Assembly (NCBI GenBank): GCA_051942205.1
Contig: JAVECO010000005.1
Coordinates: 186,001-250,000, forward strand
Source of the DNA: Coniocarpon cinnabarinum
Lineage: Eukaryota
Direction of reading: 5' to 3'
Length of the DNA: 64,000 nt
How positions within the stretch are numbered: the stretch's first letter is position 1; each line of letters begins with the position of its first letter. Both the position numbers and the translations under genes were made by a program. This document shows, piece by piece, positions 11,631 to 24,221 of the stretch. The notes below the pieces were generated by a model. That model had not been told where the DNA came from. It made no database searches and worked only from the letters and a program-made list of their open reading frames with translations.

Positions 11631-14024
11631 TCTTTTTATCTTTTTTTGCCTTTCTATGTATTTATGGTTCTGCGGCCTAACTGAAGTTTTGTCTGTTCTC
11701 GGGGGCGTTACGTTATCAGTAGAGTGTCATGCGTCAACTTTCCGATCAAAATGTGCTGCGCGTAAACGGCGCTGCCAGGTGTTCGGCAGAGCCGCACTAT
11801 CGATCTAATGTGTGAAGCTTCTGACTGGCCGCGTTACTCCATCTGAAGCTGGCTGCGCCATGCTGCTTGCCATCTGTCCTGGACTACTCGCTAGGTGCGT
11901 CACGTTATCACTTGACAAGGTTTGACTCGCTATCAACTGCGCTCCATCGTGGGTCAGCTTCGTCACACTGCTTGACGGCTGTCCCATGCGAGTCGATGGT
12001 CGTGTTCCAAGAATACTCGAATGGCGGAGGGTTGCGAATGGCTGTACCGCGCACACAACGTCAGCATTATCTGCATTCGGGGTTGCGAGCCAGTGGTAGG
12101 CTGCTTCAAGTCTTGCCATAGTGCCCTTGGGCGTTCTTCCTTTGCCATCAAAACAACGGATTAGGCTAAACTCATGCTAGCGAGAGAAAGCCCCACAATA
12201 CCGACTTGAGCAAGTGGTCAGACTCCTAGATCTTTGCGCCACGTTTGGACAAATTCCTGACACGTTTCCATCTCACTCATCATTAAAATGTTAGTTTATC
12301 CAGACAGTGCGACGAAGCCCCAAGTATAGTAACAAAAGTCGTGCCACAATTGCAATAGCGTCAGCGACATTTGTTCATCTAGAATCTGAGCACGCCGTTA
12401 GGACTTTGCATCTTAGGGCCAATTTTTCGGTAGATTATCAGACGTAGCTCTCGACTCGACCAATCTCATTGTATAAAGTCCAGTGTGGGGCACTTTCAAG
12501 ACTTCCTAAAGCGCCATTACGGATGCGACTCGACCTCGACTCGGCTCAGCTTCAAGGTATCTATTCGTTATTGAGCGAGCAGACGCGTCGTGAGTAGTAC
12601 AGTAAAAAGCTAAGTTAGTGTTTGTGCTCTTTGTCACCAGGAACATAACTAATATGGTCCCATCCTAAAGTGTCATACGGCCAGTCAACCAAAAGCGTTT
12701 AAGAAGTCTGGCCTGAAGCCTTGTTCGTTTCTGACTAGAAGGCTGCGAAAAGGTCTTAATAAGTCAATTTTCACTTTTTGTCCCTCTGTTGTATATCAAA
12801 GAGGTCCATTCCCGTACTTAGTTCAGGATTATTTCTCTAGTGCCCGCAAGGACCATGCAGGAAAGCGCTTACTGCACTACGATTCGGCATCGATTAAAGT
12901 GCAAATGGCTTTCGCTGTTGTGCTCAACGTTTCATGACTCGAATGCTTCTAAACGTACAGGCTCCCTGGCTGGACGATTATTCAGCAACAGCTTTTGTCC
13001 ATAGTTTTTGCCGCATCGACCTCTTGGTTGTTGACCCTCTCGAGTGAGCCGAAACAACCGTCAATGTCCGCGAAACCAGTAACATGTGTCTCCGCCTCGC
13101 CACAACTTTCAGGCATGAGGCTGCTGCGCTCTCAGCACCTCTACGCGTTAATGCTGTTTTTACATATTATCATATGTCTAGTGCAGTGTTGAAGCATGTC
13201 AAGATCAGGGATACGACTCATTCACTGCTGAGGTTGTGTGTCCGATCGGGGTCGCTCCATACATCGACTATGTCTGTTCGACGACCTGCACCTCCGTCGA
13301 TGCGAATCGCCTGAATTGCTGTGATCGTGCTAACGATACGGTTGAGTATCGATGCTTAGAGCCACAATAGCAAACACCAAGTCGTTTTAGCTTCAGCGGA
13401 AGGAATTACACAAGCCTAAGACGACATGAGCGCGCACTCGAACGCGTTCTTTAGTATCTTGCAGTGACTTGGATAGCTGCGTTGCAGTGCCCGTCGAAAT
13501 ATGAATGTCTACTTTGCTATCACGGGGGCGATAAATCACGTGATATTTTGATGAAGCGTTCTAGTAACTTTACCCGTTTAATTTCCGTGTACGGCAACTT
13601 ATTGGCCAACCTCAAATGATCGGATTTAAACGAGGAAAAAGCGTCAAATAATCGGCGACGCTCGACTGATATCAAATAGCGTGGCTCCACTCCCCCAGCC
13701 TCTCTGTGGAAGGAAATAAGTAGACGGCAGGGTACGTGAGTTGTAGGGCTGATTTCCAAGTTTTCCAAGTTTTCCTGACAAGCCTAAGCCTAACCCTAGA
13801 GAAGTGATGTTGTCTCATTCCAAGATGCTGTGGACTTCTCAACATGTCGCTCGCAGGCAATCGTTCAGCTTTACAGAGTTTCGTAAATTTGCATCTGGTT
13901 CCAGATGATACACATTATTTGCTGATCATACACTTCATCCGGCATCCCGAGCCACGACCATGGTAGCTCTCGGGACCGCCAGCCATGAACCTTAATAATC
14001 GTACACGTCAACGGCGGACCGTTG

Positions 14025-15201
14025 TCATAACCTCGAGTCCAGCTCGTCAATCGCATTCAACTCGACATCAAAAGAGTCAGCTCTCTTCTTCTCTATCGGG
14101 TTCGACTGAGCCGAGTACACGCCATCGCGAGTGCTTGGTTCTGGGAGCCGCTGCTGGCCCCGCTTGCTCTTGATGTTCTTGTACAGCTGGCGCATCGCGG
14201 GCGCAGATGCGCACATGATGCCCATGTCTTCCTCGAAAATGGTAAAGATGGTGACATTGACAGTATCGTCTGCGAAAGTGGTTGTCAGCTCATGATACGT
14301 CGATTAATAAAGATAGAAGAGGGGGTCCATACAAACTGGGTCTTTCATGTTGACTGTTGTGCACATTTTACCAATGCTGCACAGCGCGGTCACAAACGAT
14401 AGGCACATAATGATTATGATGCCAATCTTGGTGCGCTTGTCCATTTGAAGATTGCGGACGGCCAAAACAGGGACAATGATTACGACAAAGTCCGCAATGA
14501 CACCGAGAGCTGTTGAGCAGCCATTAGCCCGATTGGCTTTCGCAGAATGAGCATTTGATCACACATACCTGATGCGCAGCCAAAAGCAACCGCAATTTGA
14601 TGCAGCGTGAGACACTTGGCGTGTATTGACCAGTCCCAGATGCCTTGAGTGGGGATGCATCTCAGGCCGAAGACGATCAGATTGGTGAGTGTAGAAACCA
14701 GATTCAGCGCGATTGCCACATAAGTGAACCTTCTCGACCACATTTGCGTAATGGGTAAGAGGCGCAGCGTGAAGATGCAGACTGATAGGCGAATGAAAAA
14801 CAGACTGCAGAAGCTGTTCTCCTCATTGATGAACATCCATTTCTGAACGAATTCATTTTGCGAATCGCTGAGGTATTCAATGTGTCGGCCCCAGCCATGC
14901 GCCACGCGCACAGAATCATTGATGCCACCGAATATAGTGAGGCACTTGATTCATTGTCAGATCTGCACTGCATGGATCTTACTCATTGTTTCAGACTCAC
15001 AGCTGATATACTGATGCATAAGTCATCCCAGCCCGCCGTCTGCTTTGCCAGAAATCTCGTGTACAATCTCAGCAACACGACGAGCACCGCAAGCGTCCTT
15101 ATCGGCCAGATAAGAGCAAGCACCCAATGACCCTCGTTGACGTTGGGTGGAAGGGACCCAGAGGTGTGATCCATTGCCGCTGAAGCACCGTGAGCGCTCA
15201 T
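14025..15201 (-). CDS. PTH11-like integral membrane protein / fungal rhodopsin-domain GPCR-like protein without CFEM (about 4 exons)
   Basis: VLLRLYTR...GWDD, HGWGRH, FFIRLSVCIFTLRL, CIP..GIWD....KC, DFVVIIVP...NLQMDKRTK and EEDMGIMCASAP across spliced ORFs. Confidence 0.9.
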
Positions 15202-16958
15202 GATGAGGAGGAGCTCCGCGGGAGGTCCTTTATTCTGCTCGTTGTGTCAAACTGCGGCTCCTGCGCACGCACGACCTTCACAAACGGGGGGCGCTCCAGA
15301 AAGTTTGAAGGAATGCCAGATCTGCCCGCCGTCTTTTACATGGAAGGATTGCGGGTACGTACCTAAGAGTGGCATTGGTGGTATGAATTCTCCACGCCCT
15401 GTTCCTGGGACCCGCCATGCAAGAACCACCCAGCACCACGAGGTACTTCGGCAGTAGCACCGACATCGTGCAGCTTGGCCTCGTCTAGATCAAACTCTGG
15501 CACTGTAGTTGTGTGGGAAGTGTGGGTCGGTTCGAAGATAGTACACGGGCGGTGTGTTAGCTCCGCGGCGGACGTTGCGTGCAGAGACATTCTGGCGCGA
15601 CTAAGTCCATGGACTTGAATACTTTGTCGCTTCTGTCCGTGTTTCCTTTGGTTCTATCCACACTTTGGGCAGGCGACAAGACGACGACGTTCGTGACACG
15701 CTCGCCGAGTTACATTGTGGTTCCAGTCTACGTGTATTTTTTTGTATTACTTCGTGCACTTGTCTGTTCCTGTCTTGGCGAAAAGGACAATCACACCAGC
15801 CATCCTTTCATTCACGCAAGCATCAAGCATTTTTTGCACGATGCACAAAGAAAGCCACATCCAGTACAATCACGCAGCACAACCGCAGCAATTCTATCGA
15901 TAGAAAAACGACCTGCGCAACAACAAGGGCGCATCAGCGATGTCGTGCGCGAAGTCCACGGGCTTAAACCAACCCACGTTTGACGCTTCCATATTTCCAA
16001 GCAACTGTTTCCGGAATCAGCGCCCCGCCTGCTATAGCAGGTTAGCAACCCCCCTAGTTAGCATTCCACTAGCATTCCCCTAGCGGGGGACGTCATGCAA
16101 GGCACGGCGCGGCAGTCCGTTTTGCACGAAATGGAATCTTTTCTTCCCGTCCGTCGCCCTCACCCGACCGAGCCCGGACCGTCCCAGTGAAGCAGCTTGG
16201 CCGTGCTTTCTTTTAGTCGTCTCTGTGGCGCGGGAAGGAGGAATCGGAATCTAGGAGGATCGCGGCTTCGTCGTGGAATGCTCTGGTTTCTCTCCTTGCG
16301 CAATCCTTCGAGCCCGTTGGTGTGGTTTCTACTCTGATGTGTGTAGATCAGCGGGAGCTTCGCTTGTCAGATGGTTTGACCTTTCGATACATGGCGAAAC
16401 AGGTCGCGGTGCCTCTGTGCCACCGTCTTTCCCGACATGGCGCTTCTATTGATGTCCTCTAGATGAATCTACTCCATGGTGCTAGAAAGTCCAGGGCACG
16501 AAAAATACGAGTTATTCTCCAAGTACTTCGAGCCTGTGCTCGGTGGCAAGCGAGTTCTTTGAAGTTGTGTGAACTACGGGAGTATCTCGGCTTCATGCTG
16601 CGGGCGACAGATGCGGACGTGTAGCCGTACCAACTCCATGGATATACCCAGAATAGCCCACGCAAGCAACAAAGCGGCAAGCGATAGTGACGTCTTTCAT
16701 CACTCTCAGAAGACGAGACGGGTCTCTTCGCGAAAATTGTGCTCTCGTCGAGTCTCTTGAAATTCAATGTGCATGGTGCTTGGCAGGTTCACATTCTTGG
16801 AGAACATATTTGGATGCATGGACGTGGTATGTGAATGACATCGTCAACTTTTGCAACTCTGGCATGCTATTCTTGATGCGGCCCCATCTACTTCATTGTG
16901 ATAAAAGTACATCTGATACAATTCTCCGACAATCTGTCGGGCTGCACGGGTAAGCTTG

Positions 16959-18908
16959 CTATCGTACTCGTAAGCTTTGTAGCCGGGCTTCTGTGGCGAT
17001 GACCTAGCTTGCGATTAGCTTGAAACTCGAGAAACTGGGAAACTTCAGGCACGGCCTGCAGAGGAACGAACTCACGTCGAGTGCCTGCCGAACTTCCAAA
17101 GCGCGCCGGCATTCCGCCAACCAGTCTCTCGACAACACACGAGCCCACCCCGTCAGACCGTTCATCTCGCGGGTGGCGTCGTCGAGATTCCCCTCTTCAA
17201 GAAATGTCTCCGTCCTCGTGAGCACGCTCTCCACGTCATCGCCCACGGCTAGGCCTTCCTTCTTGAACATGAACCTGCTCAGCATGAAGCTTGCCGCGTG
17301 GCTAGCGGCGCCAGCGTCCTCTGGTAGAAGCGAAGCCTTTCGCACCTCATCCGCGACCTTTCGAAACCGGTCCATGATCTGTGCCGTAGTCGATATGCCC
17401 CTTTGATAAGCCGTGGGATCTATGGAACCAATCGCTGCTTCTACGACTGCATCTTTGTGCGCAATCTCTTTGAGCGCAACGAGCTCGTGGATGAATGGCT
17501 TTGGCCGGTCAGAATCGTCCAAAGCTGTGCGCACTGCTTCGACAGCTGTGATCAGGTGTTGGGTTTGTAGATTCGACTCCAGAACTGAAGCATAGCTCTT
17601 GCTGAGGCTTTCCATCTCTTCCACGTCCCGAGCCAGCTCATTCAGCCGCGAAAGACGCGATTCCCGCTCCTTCTCCACACGATCACGGACCTCCCTTGCA
17701 AACTCGTCCGTGAGTTTGACGCTTTGCTCGAGGAGTTCGTTCCTTCGCCGCTCATCTGCGACTTTTGACACTGCCTCTAGCTCTGCTGATAGCTTGGTCT
17801 CGTAAGACTTTGCAAGCCTTTCTCTCTCAGCCTCATACTCTTCGCGGAACGCGAGCTCTTGATCTCTCTGTTCGCGAGAAATGCGCGCAAGAAGTTCCTG
17901 TGCGCCTTGGTCGAACTGTACTTGACTCTCGCGAATCTTGTCTTCCGCTTTTCGTGCCTCGCGCGTCGAATATGCAGTGATGTCGCCAGCTAGTCTTTGA
18001 ACTTCGTCTTTTGCCTTTGATATCGTTGAGCCGTACTTGCCGGACGCATTGTCCGCATTGACAGCTATGATCACATCGTTGAGAATTTTTGATATGTTCT
18101 GAACTAGTGGATCCGCTGCGTTATCTATGCTGAGCGTATCAATCTGCTTGATCGGTCCTTTCGATACAGCCTCTCGAGTCTTTGTGGCAGCTTGTTGTCC
18201 CGCCTGTGAGGCTTTGGATGCAGTCTTGTTCGCCGTTTCTTTGACCTCCTCCTTGGTCTCCCTAGCTTTTTCTTTCACGTCGTCTTTCTTCTTTGCTATT
18301 GCTGACCCTGCGCTCTTTTCGCTTGCCGAGTGTCCTCCACTTTGACTGGTTGCAGGGTTATCCTTGCCAGCGGTTCCTTTCGATGCCTGACCCTCCTCAG
18401 CCGCTTTTGCTGATACGCCGCTTTGTCTGCCCACCGTCACCTTGTTCTCGCCAGAAATCTGAGGATAGGATTTGGAAGCTCCTCCAGCCGTGCTTGCGAA
18501 GCGCTGCTTGAAAGCGCGCTCCTCGAAGAAAAGGACGGCATTTTCGCCAAACGGCACGTAGTCCGTGAAATAGTCGTGAAAGCTGTCTGAGACCAGAGCA
18601 AGGTAGGTCCCACCGCCGTAGGCTAATGCAAGGAGAGTTGAGCCGAGGAAGAAAAACCTTCTAATTCTTCGCCTGGGCCGCGGTTTTGGAGTGGATGGGG
18701 GTGGAGAAGACGGAGACTGCGAGCCTGGATCTGCTTTCGAAGAATCCGAAGGGTTCGGTGGTAGTGGAGGAACCTGTGACGGGGCTTGGGGAGTTGACGA
18801 GGAGGATGTAGGGGGTTGAGGGATGGTAGGAGGCGTCGAGCTGGACTGGGACCGCCGTAAGAGGTTCACCCACACATGTCGCTGTCTAGGGAGCACGACG
18901 CGCAGCAT
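16959..18908 (-). CDS. MIC60: MICOS subunit Mic60/mitofilin (intron 17075-17004)
   Basis: Presequence, single TM followed by DSFHDYFTDYVPFGE, coiled coil, mitofilin domain (LDDATREMNGLTGWARVLSRDWLAECRRALEVRQALD|VIATEARLQSL). Confidence 0.95.
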
Positions 18909-19304
18909 TGCTGCGTAAGGGTAGTGTCACCGCGCAGTAGCAAGTCCGTCACGTCGAGTGAATAAAAAGTACTTGCTTGAGCTCCAGCCGAAAGCTCCAG
19001 GACCAATGAAAGTTGCGACCACCACGCTAACCAGCTTGACTAAGGCGTGCCTCAGCCTTACGTTATTGACCTCGTCTCAACTTATGTAATCTGGTGCCCA
19101 TGCTGCATACCTGTCGAGAGGGCGACACCGTGGCCCTCACATCCATCTCCAGCGAAGCATGTAGTTTTCCTCGCTTCGGCAACTAATGACTTGCGACTCT
19201 TTCATCCGTGGAACCATCCAAGAGAATTGCCTCTGCGTGAATTATGTACCGTACTGGACGCAGATGAGTCTGACCGTCCTGGATTCGGCACTCGAGTGAA
19301 AGCC

Positions 19305-21566
19305 ATGGGTCAGGAGCAGTCTACGGAGACTGAGACGCGTGAGGTAACTCCTGGTACGCTGAGATCAGCACATGTGCAACGGTGGCGCAGTTGACCGTCC
19401 AGTCTAGAGCAGTTTGGGAACGAGCTCGCTCTGCGCTTCGCAGAGAAATGCTATTCTCAGCTGGAACTGTACTGCTTTAAGCAAGTGTTTCGTAACTTGG
19501 CCGACAGAGAGTCAGACATCAGGTTCTGGAGCGAGTCGTCGCTATGTCGCTTCTTGGAGCTCCCCGACGTCCTCAGTGTTGGGCCCATCGTGTATCAGAT
19601 GGTCACATTCCTTGGGGCTTTCCCCTTTCCCAGTCAAGCCCCTTGTATAGTCACCAAGGAGGCCTTGATCAAAGTCGTTACGTTGATGACAGAGCGCCAT
19701 CAGCGCGTGCTCAAACGCGGAAGCCGAGACAGGCTTAAACTTTTTTACGGAAGTTTGGCGGTCTTTGACAGGCGTGCAAGCGAAAAGCTCGAGACGAGGC
19801 CTGAGCCTTCAGACCTCAAGGATGATTCCGAAGGTAGGACTCTGGACGAGACAGCAAAAGCAGTATCTGGCTTTGCAATCGACGAACCATCCAACGACGA
19901 TGACGATGAAATTCAAAATGACGACGACGAGCTCGCACTAGCGGCGCTGGACGCTCTAGACGACGTCGAGGCTATCAGCCTCAGCGAGAAGCCAAACCTG
20001 CAACATTCAATTATCCCTGCTGACAATCTTCTGAAGCTCATAGAGCTTTTGTTGCTTATAGCTCCTTTATTACGCGAAGATAGCCTATCAACATACACCA
20101 GTAGCCTTACTGACACAGACTGGAATCAAATCAGAAACGCTGCAGCCGCTGTCATGTCTCTGTTCGGCACAGAGGATTCACCTGGCGTCACATTTCGAAA
20201 TTTCCGCAGCATCGTGCCCAATGCAATGCCGTATATGTTCGATGGTCTCAGTCCAATGTTTGAAAGATTCTTATTTCAGAAAGACTTCGACCTTTCTAAA
20301 CGCAAAACGTCTGCACAGTCACCACAGAGCCCCCTTCGTTCGCCTTCGTACAACGGCGTCTCGTCACCTTCTCCAGCAGCAAGTATTGGTCACAGCCGCA
20401 CCCGCAATGCAACAGTCAGCCACGCATACTCACCTATATCACCGACCTCGCCTGCCCAATCACGTCATTCCCGTTCTGCGTCCTACTCTTCAGTCACGCA
20501 GCCGCCCAATCCACCACGGCGTTCCATGTCCTTGCATTCATCCACTGGGACTGAAGTCTTCCCCGAGCCCATCGCCGAGGAGCCTCAACCGTACCTCTAT
20601 CAAGACGTCTTGCCTCACTTCGAAGGCGACAACGCTGGTACTATCCTTACTCCGCCTCTCCTCTCTCAGCTGTCATTCTTCCTCTCGCCAAACTCCCTCT
20701 TCAATCGCCTAAACCCCCTGTATTCTGGCACGACTCACGGCTTCTCTCTCAACTCCTTCGAGAAGCAGGTCTTCTCTTGGCACGGCGCCTCACTTCTTCT
20801 CGTCCGTGGCACAGTCATGGATCGCTACTCTCAAATACCCACTTCCAATCCCGCCGAAGGCACTACAGCTCCACTTTCGCCCACGACGCCCGCCTCCGGC
20901 ACCACGAATCCCTCAGAACGCCACTTCCACAACACGCTGCCACCACAACGCCACTCTCCGTCAGTCTCACCAGGTCAACCTGTCATCTACGGCGCGTACC
21001 TCCCTCAACAACTCCGAACCACGCACAAAGCCCCCATTTCGAACACAGCTACCCTGCTCTTCCAGCTGAGTCCCACCCACGACACATTTCGCGCCTCCGA
21101 CATCTCTACAAATCACACAACTTTCACTACAACACCGACGTCAACCCTCCCTGGTCTATCCTGCGGCTGTCCCTTGCCCCCCCCCAACGCCGGCGCCCCC
21201 GTTCTCCCCCTCGGCGCAGTATCCCTCTTCCTCGATGGCGCCCTCGAGTACGGCGTCTTCTCGCACTCTGCGGCGGGCGGTGGCTCGTTCTATCCTTCCA
21301 CGGCACCTATTCGTGGACGATACGGTAAGAAGGGTAACTGGGAGGACCGTTTCGAGGTTGAGGGGATTGAGGTCTGGGGACTTGGTGGGGAACGAGAGGT
21401 CAAGGGGCAGAGGAGGGCGATGGAATTCGAAGAGCGGGAAGCAAAGATAAGGCGGGAGGGAAGGGGGAGTGTGAGTGGGAGTGCGGGCGTGGAGGCGGAT
21501 CGAGAATTGTTGAAGATGGCGGGGTTGATTGGGCGATGGGATGAGAGGGGCGGGTCGATGGGTTGA
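19305..21566 (+). CDS. RTC5: TLDc-domain protein Rtc5 (intron 19354-19407)
   Basis: N-myristoylation-type MGQEQS start; LALRFAEKC..LELYCFK; TLDc motifs LYSG..HGFS..SFEKQVFSW and FEVEGIEVWGLGG...FEEREA. Confidence 0.88.
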
Positions 21567-21719
21567 AATCGAGGTTTTTGGTCTAGTTAAGTATAGGAGG
21601 TTGATTTGATTCTCGATTGGATCATACAAGAAATAGTTCGATAAGCGAATATCTTTCTAGCCAAGGCTCTACTTCATCTTACAGGTACCCACAAACTTAC
21701 AGTTTCACACTATCGAGAA

Positions 21720-23807
21720 TCATCCCCAACATAGCGTCGCACCAGCCATGACCTCCCGCGCCCTCCTCTCCACAACAACTTTCTCACCAAATTTCGCCCG
21801 CCGCGCCTTACCCCTCAACGTCTTGCAACTCTTACACATGCGATTGCCTTCGTCATCTCGCTCGCCGCCAGCATCGCTGTAACAAAGCGAACACAGCCCA
21901 CTCAAATCCTCTTCCTTCTTCCTACCCCGCCGACCACCCTCAACGGGACTATTCGGTCGGCCGGTCAAACTTCCTCTGCTTTCGTCCTTCCCGCCTTGCG
22001 TCCTCATCACTAGCTCGACGTCGCCTGCACGCTCGGTCGTTCGCACCACTTCGTGCACGTGCTTTTGCGCCTCGACTAGCGTAGCGGCGCTCCTTTCGAT
22101 AATACCGAGAAGGCCAGGCCGTCCTTCAATCTGCTCAAGCACAATATTCACAGGCTCATTCATTTTCTTGCCTGTGGAGGGATTTGTGCGAACAGCGAGG
22201 AGAGACGCGTGCAAGCGCTCGGGGTAATCCGGGAATCTCGAGATGATTGCGTGCTTAGGGAAGAGCAGGCGGTCGTTGGGCGTAGAGTTGCAGGCTGCAG
22301 TTGGGTTCAGGAATTCAATAGCGAGCGCTTTGTATTTTTCAGGTGGGGGTGGAAGACGGGGCTGTGCCGGCTTAGGCGGGACGTAAGAAGGTGTTTGTGC
22401 AGTGTACGGTGGGCGGTATGCAGGCTGCGTTGGTGTCGTGCCCAGCGGCCCCGCTAAATTGTATGGACGAGGTGGTTGCTGGCCTCCTAATGGCGCAGGA
22501 GCATTCGTTTGTGCAGATGGTGCAGGACCGAGTCCCGGTCTTGATGCAGGGGCTTGAGCTGCATTGGCTTGCTGTGATCGAATCTGGACGCTCAGCTCAT
22601 CGATGTGTTTCTGGAATTCAGCGAGTTGCTCTTTGTTAGCCTGTCCTGCAGCGACGATCTTCATGAGAGCTTTCAAGGTTGGACTTTCCTGCGCACGCCG
22701 GGCAAGGGCTTGGATGACAGGATCTTGATTTGCTGGTGGACGTAGCGGTTGGTTTGTTGCACCTGGCTGAGGCGTCGGGGCCGGTGTTGGTTGTTGGGCT
22801 ATTGCCGGTGTCGACGATTGCTGAGTTGGAGCGCTTTGTGCAGAGGCCTGCGGATTTACAGCTGGAGGCTGCTGGGATGTAGGAGTTTGACTGGCTGGCT
22901 GCGCCAGTGAGTGTGACGAAGCTTGGGCAGGTGGTTGTGATGATGCTTGTGCTGATATGGAAGTGGCGCCAGGATTACCTTGACCTTGAGCCTGGGTTGC
23001 TCCCGGGCTGGTCGGTAGGGGCTGGGCGGGAGGAGGTCGATACTGTGTTTGGCCAGGATACGGTGTTATGGTATTATTCACATTCTGTGCCGTACCCATG
23101 GGATACGCTGCCGACTGAAGAACACCATACGGCGGCTGTCCATTTACAAGCGAATTCTGAGCAGGTCTTGGCTGACCTATTGTCATCGCGGGGCTTGACG
23201 GCTTAACATTTGGCGGCCGACCGACTGGTTTCCCAGTCTTGGTGGCACCTGAAGGAGTATTGTTAGGCAATGGAGGATCTCTGATCCCATAGATGACTGC
23301 ATCCATAGTATGCGGCTCAATCGTCACCCGCACCTTCCCAAGCGCATTCGTCATCGTATCTTTCGTCGGATTATTCGGCGGCTCAATGACTTGGCCCTTG
23401 GACCGCCGCGGCTTCACCCAGTATCGCTCAAAGATGCCTCCGCTTACCCATTGAGTACGTGAACGAGCGATCGAGGCCGCAAGAACACCACTACTCGCCA
23501 CCGACTGTAAACCAATCTCGAGGAACTGGTTACCAACAGGCGCCGTCGGCAACGGCGAATCCTTCGTCACTTTACCGCCGAATGGAGCCGGCGAGGCCTG
23601 CGCTGAAGACGAGTCGGCTGTTCCTGGCCTTCTGACGGCATCTTTGCGAATAGGCGTCTGCAGACCAGGTGCTTTCCCACGAGCGTGGATTTTCCTGATT
23701 TTCTTCGGGCGGTCGGGAGACTTAGGCGATTGCGTGGTCAGTTTGTCTATTTCGTCAAGATCGCGCTCCTTTCGCAAGCGACCTGATGTTCGACGATTCT
23801 CAGCCAT
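21720..23807 (-). CDS. SWC3: SWR1 complex subunit Swc3
   Basis: SGVLAASIARSRTQWVSGGIFERYW, DPVIQALARRA...LKALMKIVAAGQANKEQLAEFQKHI and IEF...DRLLFPK blocks. Confidence 0.8.
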   Translation of the reverse strand: MAENRRTSGRLRKERDLDEIDKLTTQSPKSPDRPKKIRKIHARGKAPGLQTPIRKDAVRRPGTADSSSAQASPAPFGGKVTKDSPLPTAPVGNQFLEIGLQSVASSGVLAASIARSRTQWVSGGIFERYWVKPRRSKGQVIEPPNNPTKDTMTNALGKVRVTIEPHTMDAVIYGIRDPPLPNNTPSGATKTGKPVGRPPNVKPSSPAMTIGQPRPAQNSLVNGQPPYGVLQSAAYPMGTAQNVNNTITPYPGQTQYRPPPAQPLPTSPGATQAQGQGNPGATSISAQASSQPPAQASSHSLAQPASQTPTSQQPPAVNPQASAQSAPTQQSSTPAIAQQPTPAPTPQPGATNQPLRPPANQDPVIQALARRAQESPTLKALMKIVAAGQANKEQLAEFQKHIDELSVQIRSQQANAAQAPASRPGLGPAPSAQTNAPAPLGGQQPPRPYNLAGPLGTTPTQPAYRPPYTAQTPSYVPPKPAQPRLPPPPEKYKALAIEFLNPTAACNSTPNDRLLFPKHAIISRFPDYPERLHASLLAVRTNPSTGKKMNEPVNIVLEQIEGRPGLLGIIERSAATLVEAQKHVHEVVRTTERAGDVELVMRTQGGKDESRGSLTGRPNSPVEGGRRGRKKEEDLSGLCSLCYSDAGGERDDEGNRMCKSCKTLRGKARRAKFGEKVVVERRAREVMAGATLCWG

Positions 23808-24221
23808 GTGATTAAAAAACAGGAGGACTTGAAGTCGATAGAGAAGATTATATACTGAAGCGTGCCAAGAAAGGCAAGGGCAAGGAGGTGTCCATATGGA
23901 GTAGAAACACTCTATTTACTTTTGGACAACCCCGTCTCACCCCATCATCTCCTCACCTATTTTCTTCTTCCATCTCATGTACAGCTCTGCTTGCGAACGC
24001 ATCATGCGACGGCGCTGTCAGATCCATTTGCAATCATACGGTTGACTATAAGCAGCCCCAACATTTGTTGAAGGACTCGCCCGCCACCTGGCTTTTTCTA
24101 ATGATCATTTTCCACGCCATTGTCAAGTATCACGATAAAGATAGCCTAATCTTACGCATATGCTGTGAGGACATCTAATCATCACACAACTCTTACAGCG
24201 CTATTCATTTGTGCCTTGAAC

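Noticed and set aside
13781..13799. AGCCTAAGCCTAACCCTAG as a telomere seed or telomerase RNA template
   Set aside because: Only about 1.5 canonical units in a degenerate hexamer run. A + strand RNA would run into the PTH11-like gene within about 230 nt, and no pseudoknot features are visible.
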